Part shown: positions 34,201 through 44,700 of the stretch, piece after piece
How positions within the stretch are numbered: position 1 is the first letter of the stretch
Layout: the number at the start of each line of letters is the position of its first letter
DNA from: Podarcis melisellensis
Taxonomy: Eukaryota
DNA: 64,000 nucleotides
Strand: one strand, 5' to 3'
Assembly (NCBI GenBank): GCA_964234715.1
Contig: OZ174275.1
Program-made: the position numbers and the translations under genes
Notes under the pieces: model-generated
The model's database searches: none
Told to the model about the DNA's origin: nothing
The model's input: the letters and a program-made list of their open reading frames with translations, nothing else

Positions 34201-37200
34201 GTGAGGACTTTGCTTCCTCGGTTACAAGGTTGGATGACCCTAGGAACACTTGATGGAATGGTGTAGATGCAATTCTGATGACTTCCCAAAATTGTATGTA
34301 AAAGGGCCAGTTCTAAAACCATATGGCTTTTTTGGGGGGTAATATATGCATATTGTAATTAAGGGAAACTGCTTAAAGCTGCAGTCCTAACACACACTTG
34401 CTAGTAATCCAGTCACAAGTAAACATGTTTATGTATGCTCTCCTTTCACTTTTTAGACACCATGGGCAGCATGATAAAGAGAAATTGGTGAGACCCCAGG
34501 AGCTAGCAGTAGTTACAGAAGAGGAAGAAAATCTGAAGGTACGCCAAGGAATTGGAAAGCCAGGATTTGAAGTGGGGCTGGGCATAAAGCCCCACTTGCC
34601 AGCAGCTATGTAAACAAGTCCTTCTAATTTTAGCAGATGCATTTTCAAAATGCAGGACATCAACTTGTCCCTTGTACTGCTGATGGGAACTGCTTGAATT
34701 GAATATTTGCTTGTCTGACACCATTTAAATTCTGTAAAGTGCTGTGCTAATCTTGTGCAGCTATGTTCCCACCATACTGAACCAGATTGTAGGTTTGTGC
34801 ACATTTTTTGCACGATATGCTCTACAAGAGAACTGAGTTTACACTTATATTTGTTCTTCAGACAATGGAATGGGTGTCTGGGGAGTCACCCAGGGGAAAG
34901 GTAACAATCATAATTATGCTTCAGTGATGATGGGGGAGCAGGTGGGAAGAGTTAATGGACTTATTAGTGGAGCATCTTAATGGATTTTTCCGAAAAGAAA
35001 CTTGTTTTTGAAGACCCTCTGCATCTTTACAAAAAAAAGCTGCTGGTGCCATCTGGTGAAGAGGCTACCCTACTAAATTTCAATGCAGTCTGGGTGAAGT
35101 GGATGGAATCAAAGACCATTGTAGAATGGTCAGCTAATAAATCTGATCTTGCCAATAGGATGAACACAATTCTACCCGCCTAGACGAGCTGCAGCAAGAA
35201 AAGAAAGCTGTGCAGGTGGACACAGTTCCTACTACTAATAAATGGTTGAATATAACTGCCCAGGTAAGCGATAGATAGTTGAGGCCTGTGGTCAGATACC
35301 TGGGCTTTGAATTGGAAAGTGACTTGGATGTCCGTTGGTATCTCACAAACTTGTGATACCTTTTCAGTAACTGAAATTAAAAGCAGTCCTCTGTTTTATG
35401 CTCGGAGAGATATTCACTCTGTCTATGCCCTGAGCAGTGGGCAGACACAGTCCAAAATTGCCTTCTGTTGCCCCTCCCTTCCCTTTGCCTGTTAAGTAAG
35501 CACTTGGGGATGGGGCAGTGTCTATGTTTCTGCAGTTCCCCTCACTTGTTGGCTATAGAGCAAGCAGTTGTCCTTCAGTGTATCCTTGCTGTGTAGTGTA
35601 CCTCAAAGCATCATTAGGGCCTACACTGTGATTAAAGCAGATCAAGAACAGCCAGGCTGTATATTGCTGAATGTGTTAAATGCCTCCAACTTGGGGACCT
35701 TTTATTTCTCTTCTCTCCTTACCTTACCAACACCTTCTAGCACAGCCGCTTGGCTGTCACTGGCATAGGGTTTTGAGTGAGTTTTGTGACCCAGATGCTA
35801 CATTAAGCATTTCCTGAGGCTGTACACTTCCTTCCTCTTTGAAGGAGACAAGACATCAAAAATAACACTCTTCTGAAAACATATTGGAAGAAACCTGCAG
35901 CTGTTTATGCTGCAATAAGCAGACATGAATTCTAAAGGTGCTGCAGTTCTGACAAATGAGCACAAGGGGGCATGAGAATATGAAGAACTAAGCTGTTTGA
36001 TTGCCGTTATCAAAGAAGACTGGGAATATTTGTAAAGGGCAGCCCTTCCATGGCTGTTGCCAGTGCTTTTTTTCTGGGGGGACGCATACCCCTAAATATT
36101 TTGTGAATCTTTGTACTTTTGTCCATTTACTGTATTTATTTTTCCCAATTTGAACTATAAAATGGTGATTTTCTTGAGTCAAAATGAGAGAACCCCCTAA
36201 ACCTTTTTAAAGAAAAAATGTACCGGCTGTAGCGCCGCCATAGGAAGGACTTAGAAGAAGCAGTACTTCCTAATACTGAGGGGGTTACTTTGGAGCAATG
36301 GTATCTCGCACCCTATACACACACACTTACCGGTATGCTATTCCATTTAGCCTGGCAGCAACCAGAATGAGGGAGGTGAAGCTTCAAAATTCTCCCATGT
36401 TGCCTTGTGAGTATCTGGTGTGCAGCTCCAATAACTCACAAAAGCGCAGGAGAAGGATTGATTACTAGAAGCCAGCAAAAATGCAGTTCAGCATTGTTCT
36501 GGTTAGAGCTGGAGTTATTTTCTTTCAGCCAGTGAAGGAGGAAGCTGTGAGTGCTATATATAGCAATGCCCTTGTGTGTCTATGAAGTCCTAGACTTCAT
36601 GGTGTTTCAAAGTGTCAGCATGTTGGAACAAGCTCAGTTCCGACGTATAATGTAACTGGCCGCTTTTGCATTATGTACATTCATGTATTCATTCTTGAAG
36701 TAGCCACTCCCTGGTGGCATATTGTGATAGACAAACTGGAACTACCAATCTCAAGCCTTAATTTTTAGGAACTTGCATAGCTGGTGCCTTTTAGTTCTGT
36801 GACGCAGTCACCAGCATCTCCCTAGCTATTTATCTTTTGGACTGTACCACCAATGGCTCAGGCCCGCAATAGTTCAAGGACCGCCTCTCCCTTTATAAAT
36901 CAACCTGGCCTCTGCAATCATCATCTGAGGCCCTTTTTCGTGGGCCTCCTCTGCAAGAGGTCTGGAGGGTGGCAACACAAGAACAGGCCTTTTCTGTAGT
37001 GGCTCCCTGCTTTTGGAATGCTTCTCCCAGGGAAGCTCACCTGGCACTGTCATTATATATCTTTAGGTTCCAGACAAAAATGTTTCTCTTCAACCAGGTC
37101 TTGGGCTGATTAATATTCTATGGCCTTTTAAATGTATTTGGGATGAGTGTTTTTGCTTTGCTTTGCTTTGTTTCTAACTATTTATTTGTGATTGTATTCT

Positions 37201-38777
37201 GTTTTTTTATCTTGTGAACCACCCTGAGATCTTTGGATGAAGCGCAGTATATAAATTTAATAAACAATAATAATATACACACATTACAGAAAATAAAATA
37301 AAAAACTTCAAGCTCATTAGAGCATCCATATTCCATATTAAATCTTCTAGGTATGGTAATCATAAGCTTTCCATAGTGATTAATGATCCCGGAGGACATA
37401 TCCACAGTGTCATTTGAGGTGCTTGCATAATAAGAAACTTAAAAAGGCACAGGTTGAAACATTGGAACTGGAAGATGTATAGCCAAAGAGCCCTGTTGGC
37501 AAATTGCTGCACCTGTAACATTAACCAATCCATTCAGGTCTCGTCTTTATTACAGAAATCTCCTGCTGCCCGCTCTAGTCAAATGAGCCCCCAAAGTCTG
37601 AAAGGTACCAAGTCCCTCAAAGTCAACCACAATGACTATGGAATGGACTTGAATAGCGATGACTCCACGGATGACGAAAGCGAGCCCAGGAAACCCATCC
37701 CTGCATGGGCCACTGGTAAGAGTGAGTTTTCAGTGGCCGCAAAATGGTATCACTGAAATTACAGGGTTCTTGCTTCAGATTCTGATGGTCCTCTCGGTTT
37801 TTGCTGGGTCTGTCCTAATACGTAAAAGACATAAACAAATCTCTCAGAGCTCCGTTCTGCTACAAGACCCTGACAGTACCACAAGAGCCTTTACAGCGCC
37901 TGTACACAACTGTACGGAGAGAGCAAAGTCAATGTAGGCTTCATTGCTCTCTATGAGACGCTCTTTTTGGATGGTGGATGGTTGGTTGAAGGACCCTGAG
38001 TGAGATGCAAGGAAGGGAAGATCTCCCGGGGTGAGAGACAGGGAGAAGAAAGGCAAACCCCCAGGTGAGAGCTGGGAGGGCCCCCCGCTTTCTGTGAGTG
38101 GCAAGGGTTAAGAACTACCTTTGAGAGAAGACTTTCTTTTTTCTTCCTCTGTTTTTGTTTTTATTTAGTTTCTTGTATTGTGAAAAAGCTTTAATAAAAT
38201 CTTACGGGGGGGGGGGTTCATCGTGTAGCCAACTTGCCCAGCTTGAAATATAATTTCTGTTCTACAGGCCTGCCTCTCTTTGGTCATCTGACAAACTTGC
38301 TTTTTAATTCCTTTGGGGTTTTTTTGAATCAAAATGATAAGTCTGCTTGTGCGGTGGAGACTATTGGATAATTACAGTGAGGTATTCTGTATGTAGGCCG
38401 AGCCATACCTAGATCCGTTGAGTGCTGCAGCTGAATTGAGCTGCTGGCTAGAGTCCACTCATAGATTGGGTTTCACATTTTCCCCTCTACGTAGAAGTGC
38501 TTCAAGTGGAGATGTGTTACTACTTGAAGGATTACTCACAGAATAACTGCTTGTTTCCTCAGGTCTTCAGCTTAATGAAGCTGTTACATACCAATACTAC
38601 AACCCTCCAGATATCAACAAGTTCTTTGGAGTAATCTTAAGTCCTAAACTAGAAGCTATCTTCTACAAAAGTAAGCCGAGGTATTTCAAGCGCACAAGTT
38701 CAGCTGTTTGGCAGTCTCCACCTCTTCCGGGTACCAAAGCAGCATTGCGTGCCTCTAACAGTATGAAGAAGCACTGA
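22125..38777 (+). CDS. Inner centromere protein-like paralog, copy B (complete, about 838 aa)
   Basis: GCCATGG start. Exons 22125-22261, 22828-22941, 23931-24652, 25220-25268, 26536-26569, 27879-27996, 28425-28515, 29548-29674, 29763-29897, 30612-30623, 30927-31036, 32000-32120, 33124-33222, 34115-34200, 34457-34538, 35159-35263, 37556-37715, 38563-38777 total 2517 nt in one open frame, with the same intron phases as copy A. Intact IN-box ending [17 protein letters not shown]...MKKH*. Confidence 0.92.
22828..22941 (+). CDS. INCENP-B exon
   Basis: [38 protein letters not shown]; 114 nt. Confidence 0.92.
23209..23747. mobile_element. Probable solo LTR in an INCENP-B intron
   Basis: TGTTA...TAACA termini, flanks CTAT/CTAC, minus-strand AATAAA near 23350. 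Confidence 0.45.
23931..24652 (+). CDS. INCENP-B large disordered-region exon
   Basis: Within ORF 23911..24660; LSRRRSS...[19 protein letters not shown]; T|gtaagt donor in the same phase as copy A. Confidence 0.9.
25220..25268 (+). CDS. INCENP-B exon
   Basis: ttctccag|GCCAC...CATAG|gtgagc; [17 protein letters not shown]. Confidence 0.8.
26536..26569 (+). CDS. INCENP-B 34-nt exon
   Basis: cctctccttag|GCCTTT...AGTGAG|gtaagg; phases 2/0. Confidence 0.7.
27127..27260 (+). mobile_element. tRNA-Lys-derived SINE with CR1-type tail
   Basis: Aligns by eye with the reverse complement of 722-857. Confidence 0.75.
27630..27787 (+). mobile_element. Sauria SINE 3' fragment
   Basis: Matches the 3' half of 47489-47834; ACCTTT tail. 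Confidence 0.8.
27879..27996 (+). CDS. INCENP-B exon
   Basis: tttttcctatag|ACTTTG...AAAG|gtaaac; open frame, phases 0/1. Confidence 0.75.
28425..28515 (+). CDS. INCENP-B exon
   Basis: ttctccacag|AAACAG...ATACG|gtatgt; phases 1/2. Confidence 0.78.
28998..29213. mobile_element. Tc1/mariner (Tigger-like) MITE
   Basis: TA|CAGTCGTACCTTG...CCAAGGACAACTG|TA imperfect TIRs with TA TSD. Confidence 0.7.
29548..29674 (+). CDS. INCENP-B exon
   Basis: [11 protein letters not shown]...SGPGK|gtaaat (compare human RSYKQAVSEL). Confidence 0.88.
29763..29897 (+). CDS. INCENP-B exon
   Basis: [45 protein letters not shown]|gtaagt. Confidence 0.9.
30612..30623 (+). CDS. INCENP-B 12-nt micro-exon (GEFV)
   Basis: Pyrimidine tract then caaag|GGAGAGTTTGTT|gtaagtaac. 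Confidence 0.78.
30927..31036 (+). CDS. INCENP-B first SAH exon
   Basis: [37 protein letters not shown]; 110 nt. Confidence 0.92.
32000..32120 (+). CDS. INCENP-B SAH exon
   Basis: [40 protein letters not shown]; 121 nt. Confidence 0.92.
32276..32517. mobile_element. Tc1/mariner (Tigger-like) MITE
   Basis: TA|CAGTGGTACCTCGGGTTAC...GTAACCAGAGGTACCACTG|TA TIRs with TA TSD. Confidence 0.85.
33124..33222 (+). CDS. INCENP-B SAH exon (24 nt shorter than copy A)
   Basis: [33 protein letters not shown]|gtgagc. Confidence 0.9.
33900..34037. mobile_element. Palindromic MITE (gactacaactcccatc family); relatives at about 1646-1740, 26110-26235, 32530-32810, 43780-43880 and 57672-57740
   Basis: tttctcaaccttgggtccccagatgttgttg...caacaacatctggggacccaaggttgagaaa near-perfect hairpin. 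Confidence 0.75.
34115..34200 (+). CDS. INCENP-B degenerate SAH exon
   Basis: ccttgtttcag|[30 protein letters not shown]|gtgagg; phases 0/2. Confidence 0.78.
34457..34538 (+). CDS. INCENP-B degenerate SAH exon
   Basis: cactttttag|[27 protein letters not shown]|gtacgc; an alternative in-frame donor exists at 34487. Confidence 0.75.
35159..35263 (+). CDS. INCENP-B exon
   Basis: [35 protein letters not shown]|gtaagc (KxLNxT as in copy A and human). Confidence 0.8.
36840..37270 (+). mobile_element. L2-type LINE 3' fragment
   Basis: ggcctttctgtagtggctccc...tggaatg, similar to the other L2 3' ends in this window. Confidence 0.6.
37556..37715 (+). CDS. INCENP-B penultimate exon (start of IN-box)
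   Basis: [13 protein letters not shown]...[27 protein letters not shown]|gtaaga. Confidence 0.94.
38563..38777 (+). CDS. INCENP-B terminal exon (IN-box, TSS motif)
   Basis: [70 protein letters not shown]; TSS at 38694-38702. Confidence 0.94.
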
Positions 38778-38874
38778 AGCTGTGTAGAACCACTTATGGC
38801 GCTCAGCTGTTTTTTGTCTGTCATGTCTATGTAAAATGCATCTGTAAGGTATTTTAATGTTTTATATCTTGTAC

Positions 38875-38880
38875 AATAAA
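38875..38880 (+). terminator. Polyadenylation signal of INCENP-B
   Basis: AATAAA about 100 nt after the stop codon, preceded by several TGTA motifs. Confidence 0.6.
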
Positions 38881-38968
38881 GGTTTAAATGCTGAAACTGT
38901 CAAGAATGTTTTTTTAAAAAAAACCAAATAACCAGGGCAATTTTGCTTTGCTTATTTTGAATATAATA

Positions 38969-39026
<58 letters not shown>

Positions 39027-39258
39027 TTATTATTTGTACCCCACCCATCTGGCTGGGTTTCCCCAGCCACTCTGGGCGGCTTCCACAAAGACCAAAAATA
39101 CACAAAGATGTCACACATTAAAAACTTCCCTGAACAGGGCTGCCTTAAGATGTCTTCTGAATGTCAGGTAGTTGTTTATCTCTTTGACATCTGATGGGAG
39201 GGCGTTCCACAGGGCGGGCGCCACTACCAAGAAGGCCCTCTGCCTGGTTCCCTGTAGG
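38969..39258 (-). mobile_element. L2 LINE 3' end with (TTA)n tail
   Basis: (AAT)n at about 38969-39023; QGTRQRAFLVVAPALWNALP on minus; related to 17100-17330. Confidence 0.8.
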
Positions 39259-40341
39259 TGCAGGTGTTTACCGAATCTTCCAACTAAGATGAAGAAAGAG
39301 GTTGTAGTAGACTTCAATACTGCTAGGTTTATCTCTTCCCATTGTGCCTTCAGGTCCTAATAGACTGTTTATAACAGTTTCTTACTTCACACCAGCACAA
39401 ATGGTTCTTCCAAGCTAATGGTGAGAGAGAAAGAGGGCAGTTGAAAAAACAAACTGACAGTAGTTGGAATAACTGAACAAGTAAACAAATGGGCAAGAAT
39501 GATGTGAACTAAATTCTTGCTCAGTATGAACCAAAGGGATCATTGCCAGACTAAACTATATTAATACTTTATGGGACTTCCTCTGCCTTTCTTTAAAAAA
39601 GTGGGTTTGGTCTTATGTAACTACTACCAGCCTTTAGTTTTAGCACACAGTTCCCAAATGTTATCCTCTCAGATTTTCAGTAGCTTGGGGACAAGCCTTT
39701 TTTACCTGCCCAGATCAGAACGCAGATTCACTTCTTCAGAAAGTTAGATTTCAGTGTGACATACAAAGGTTACATGTATTTGCAGTCAAGTAAATAAAAG
39801 ACAGATATTTTTATGACTTTCCTAGAAAGGCAGTAAAACCAAAGATTGTTACAGCTCACATTGTTATTTCTGAAATTTTGAGGAGGGTGAAATCTGTCAT
39901 CTTGACAAAGGCAGTACATAAACTCACTTTTCATGGCTCCATCTAATGGGAGTATTGCAGTGACCTTGACTTTATTTACATGGAGGTAGCTACCTTTAGG
40001 GTTTTAAAGTGATAATTGCAACAAATGTGTTTTTTCTTAATTGAAACTGCCTCTGGGGACTGCTGTATCAAAGGACAAGAAGTAATGCCCTTGTCTTGGT
40101 AGCAAAAATTATCCGACATGAGGATGCCAAGGCCGTTTCCTTGGAAGAGACAAGCCCAGAGCTGTCCTAGCAGGCGTGTTCAGTTTCAATATCCAAAACA
40201 GCAATTAGGCACAGAAGGTAGCTAAACATGATTTGTGTTGCTAGGCAAACCTTGATGAAAAGTTGTGAATCCAGACTAATATCATATTACTGGTCATGCT
40301 ATAAAAGTGAGCCTTGAGATTAATCAATCAGTTGGTAGCTA

Positions 40342-40536
40342 CTGTATTTTTCGCTCCATAAGATGCACCTGACCATATGACGCACTTAGTTTTTAGAGGG
40401 GGAATGCAAGAAAAAAAAATCTTTAAAGGGAGCGCTGAGCAGAGCCTCCCGTCTGCATTCGCTCCATAGGACGCACACACATTTCCCCTTACTTTTTAGG
40501 AGGGAAAAAGTGTGTCTTATGGAGCAAAAAATACGG
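40342..40536. mobile_element. Mariner-type MITE
   Basis: TA|CTGTATTTTTCGCTCCATAAGA...TCTTATGGAGCAAAAAATACGG|TA. Confidence 0.8.
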
Positions 40537-41638
40537 TAATTTTCATTGATTTATTTGTTTTGGAAGTAGGGGACTCTATTGGAATTGTAAGTTCTCCAGC
40601 ATTCTCTATTATGCATTCATCACCTCTTCCTAGAAAACCAGTAGCCTACTGTGCAGATTGTGGTTGCTGCCTGTCACAGACTCCTCTTGCACTAGCAACT
40701 GTGTGATACTAGTAGGCAAAAGGAGCCAGGTGGTCCTTGTGTTGCATTGGCAGACATACTTCTATCCCCCTCCGGGGCAAATGCTTGCAAGTCACCCAAT
40801 GCTACCAGGGATATCTGCTGGCATAGGGAAATGTACACATGTACATCTCTGTCCTGGAGCAGATTTTTGGTGTTTTAAAGAGCAGGTGGTCTCAACCCAA
40901 AGAAGAGATCTTCCTTTTTCCAGCTCCTCAATTTGCTACACTCTGTATCTGCATGTGGACTTAGAAAATTGAAGGTATGGCTATCAAATTGGCCTTGGAG
41001 CAACAACTCACTCATTCATAACAATTCCTTGTTTGTCAAAGTAATGTTCATGTCTTGTGTCAGAGGAATTCTTGTCCCATCAGCTGAAATCTGAATTGGC
41101 ATAATGACATAGCCAGAAGAACAGGAAGGAAAAAGATGAATCAGTCGCTATGGATTTTGAAAGAACGACCCTTTGTCAGATGACTGGAAACAAATTTTTG
41201 TACAGTGTGGTTTTTTTAATCCCATGAATCTCTTTTAACATCAGCAAAACAAAACAAAACAAAAACCTTTCATTCCTTTTGTCTGCATAAATTGGACCAC
41301 AGAGGCTCCCATGTAATTTCTACTTAATCTGCATTAAGACTGCAGATGTTGAGTCAAGGCTGTTGATGGGAATGTGTTTCCTTATTCTCTACTACTTACA
41401 CAATTTTGGGTGAATAACAAGTGCTCAGTTGTAATGCACTTGAAATACTGGCTCTTTTGGAAGTCATTAGTAATGGCACAGGATTGAAGGTGCTTTGCTC
41501 CTTTTCCTAGAGCTGATTTGAAAGGATGTGCACAGCAATTATCTACAGGAGCACTGCCTCCTGAGCAATGAGTATCCTTTTGCCAACCTTTGCATTTCCA
41601 AAGAACTCTTTAATGATTCTACCGTTTACCCCCTAGAC

Positions 41639-41639
41639 T

Positions 41640-41674
<35 letters not shown>
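41639..41674. repeat. (TG)n microsatellite
   Basis: Read directly from the sequence. Confidence 0.95.
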
Positions 41675-41676
<2 letters not shown>

Positions 41677-44101
41677 ACGCCTTGCACCAACCCAGTCATG
41701 AAGGATCTGCCGCTCACTCAAATGAGTTTCTGAAGAGTGAGAAGTAGCTCTTTCCATCAGCAACCGCTTGCTAAACTGTGATGACTGAATTTGCAGCTCT
41801 TGTTCTCCCAAGCTGTGCTCCTTTGTGATTCTGTCTCCTAGTGATAATTACAGAGGGTTAGTATTGCTTCTGTGCACATGACTTGAGGAAGTGCTACAGC
41901 ATGAATGCCTGCCAGCCTAAGAGGGCCTTGGCAAGATGGTAATTACCGTATGTCTGCCGGCTCCATAATACGATGAATGACTAATATCACCTGATAAAAA
42001 ATGATTTGATACCTAGCTAAAGTTTGTAATATATGCTGACATGTTCAGAACTGCGTATGAAGATGCACACAGATGGAACAGTCAGTCCCTAAGGGGCCTA
42101 GTGCAACCACCCAGAAGCTCTCTCATTACAAACTGGCCAAGTGTGCAACAAGTCAGATTTGAATTCCCTACTGTATCCTCCTATGAAAGCTAGTAAAACT
42201 ACACATTTATTCAGAATATACCTAAAAGTGGAATAATGATTTTTGGTGAAAGATAGAGAGTAGTGGCTTTCTAACTCGATTCCTAGGTCCCTTTACATTT
42301 TTCTGAAGCTTATTGCTTTTGCTTGAAATCGTTTTATTTGTTTTTATAATATTATATAAACTGTTTTACTTGTTTGCATGAATGTACTGCAGTTACCCAC
42401 CCTGGAACCATACAGTGAAGAGCTAATAAGAAATCTAATTAAAAAAAACTTTGGGGGGGATCTCTGACCATCAGCAGATTTGTGGAGCTTGTATAGCTCT
42501 ATGTGCAAAACACTAAAACCCAAGTATCAGTGGATCCTTGGGGCTTGCATTGTGCTGTGAAGGGAGGTTCCCCATCCATGGTGTTGGTAGTCCTTCAGCT
42601 AACCTGGTCCCACACCATTCAGGGATTTAGAGGCCAGTACCAGTCCTTTCAGTTGAGCCTGGGAATGAGTAACTAAAGTGTCTGATGCAAAATTGGTGTA
42701 ATATGATCAAACTGCGTGGCACCGGTTGAAGTTCCATGCTATAGTTCCACTCTGTTGAACCCTCTATAACTGGAGTCTTCAATCCTCCCAGTTATTTATG
42801 AACAGCATTGTGTCTGTTTTTGTTTGGGGAAGTTACATGTTTCTTTGGGGGGGGGGGCGTTCTCTTCTTTTGTCTCTTACTTGCTTTGGATGTGTAGGTG
42901 TTTTGTCTGCTACATAGGAGTTCTGAACATCACCAGTTTTTCTTCTGCAAAGTGGGTATCTTCTTGTGTCCTCAACAGTTTATTAGACTTTCAAATTGCC
43001 CCCCGACTCCAAAAGTTAGGGGACTCGACAATATGTAAGGGCTTTAAAGACGAGGCACCCAAGTCTTTCAGCTGATAATAGACTGAGGAAGAAAGGGTGC
43101 TGCAAATGCAGTAGATTGCCTGCCATAAGTCTAGTACTTTTTGTTCTTGTTGTTCTACTCATCTCCCACCCCTGCTTTTGTGTATCATCCAACTTAACAA
43201 AGTGTTCCAAGCTAGGTTACTTGAAAGCTTGTTCAAGCCTCAGCCCTGCATACCTGAAGGAGCGTCTCCATTCCCATCGTTCAGCCAGGACACTGATGTC
43301 CAGTTCCAAGGGCCTTCTGGCAATTGTATGTGGTATTGGGTATATTATGTGGAACAGTGTTTTCAAAATGGTGAAACAAGATTCATCAATAGATTCTATT
43401 CTGACAGAGTTAGTGTTATGAGGAGATAATCCAGCGCAAGAGCCCTACCATCAGGGAAGTTCTAAAATGTTGTAGCGTAAAGGCTTTTCGTAAGAGTAAA
43501 ACTTTGTTTTGTTAAGTATGTCAAACCTAGAGCAAACTGAATAAATAGGTCTTGCTAGAATGTCCTGTAGTCTCGGCCCCTATCAATCAGTTACTATAGA
43601 AATGTCCTTTTATTCCTTACTAGAAATCTTTGTCTTCAGTCTGTACACCAAAAATTAACTTGGATTTAGCACACAACTTTACATTTCAGTGAGGAGTGAT
43701 GATGTCCCTTTTCTCCCCCTCACTTTGTGTCACCCCTTCCCAGAGAGGACTGCTGGCAATCTTCCCATAAACAAAACAAAAAATGGCTCCTGCTCTCCAG
43801 ATGTTGCTGAACTCACAACTCTCCTTATCCCTAAGCATTGTCCACACGGTTGAGAGCTGTGGCTCAGCAACATCTGAAAGGCACGCCATTGGCGATTCCT
43901 GCATGACAGCTTATGCCAAAATAAAGGGACAAAGAACTCAGTTACTTTTTTTAATGTGAGACCCAGACTTTTTTTTTATAGATTTGAGCTCTGTTAACCA
44001 AATTGTGCTCTTTGGTGTGACGAAGCTATCTAGACTCTGCCTTGTGAAGAGTGTGTAATAATAAAATTTAAGGTCTTATAAATATAATAAATTTTCAGAA
44101 A

Positions 44102-44700
44102 TGTACCAGCCAAGCACGTACATAGATCAGCACAGGAAGACTGACCTGAAACCATTTTGACCCAAACTGACCAAATGTTTTCTCTGCAAGGAGGGAGGGG
44201 GGGGTCAGGGAGCCTTCCCATTGTCTCAGGAATTGGGAAATCACCAACTCAAGGAATGGGCAGACTACCAGGAAAGGCAATCAGGTAAGGCATTATCAGA
44301 TAACCTGACAGACAGGAAAAACAACAACATTCAAATTTCTGTTGTAGACCACCTTTTCTGTGATGTAGGTATGATGTTTGTGAGGGGTGGTCTTGGGTTA
44401 CACCCCTTCTGTGATGTATGTATGATGTATGGAGAGGTGGTCTTGAGCTCCAGGGCAGGGAATTTAAAATCTCTATATAAGGGCAGGCACACTTTGGTTC
44501 TGGGTCCTCCTCCTTTCCTGCGGGTGAGGGGAGCATCCTGTTGCAACAGATCAATAAAAATCAGGCTTACTAGCTGTTTTGCTTCTCAATATTCTCTGGT
44601 TGGCCTCAGTTATTTTCTCCTACCAATAGGGAACCCGTGTAAGGACTCTCTACGGGCTCTTGGATACCCCATAAGGGAAAAAGGGCAGATTTTGTTTACA
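44102..44700 (+). mobile_element. Solo LTR
   Basis: TGTA...TACA termini, flanks AGAAA/AGAAG, about 50-bp internal tandem duplication (about 44350-44446), TATATAA near 44474, AATAAA near 44553. Confidence 0.7.

Noticed and set aside
22125-38777. Copy B as an assembly artefact, retrocopy or pseudogene
   Set aside because: It has introns in conserved phases, heavy synonymous divergence from copy A, and no stops or frameshifts over 2517 nt.
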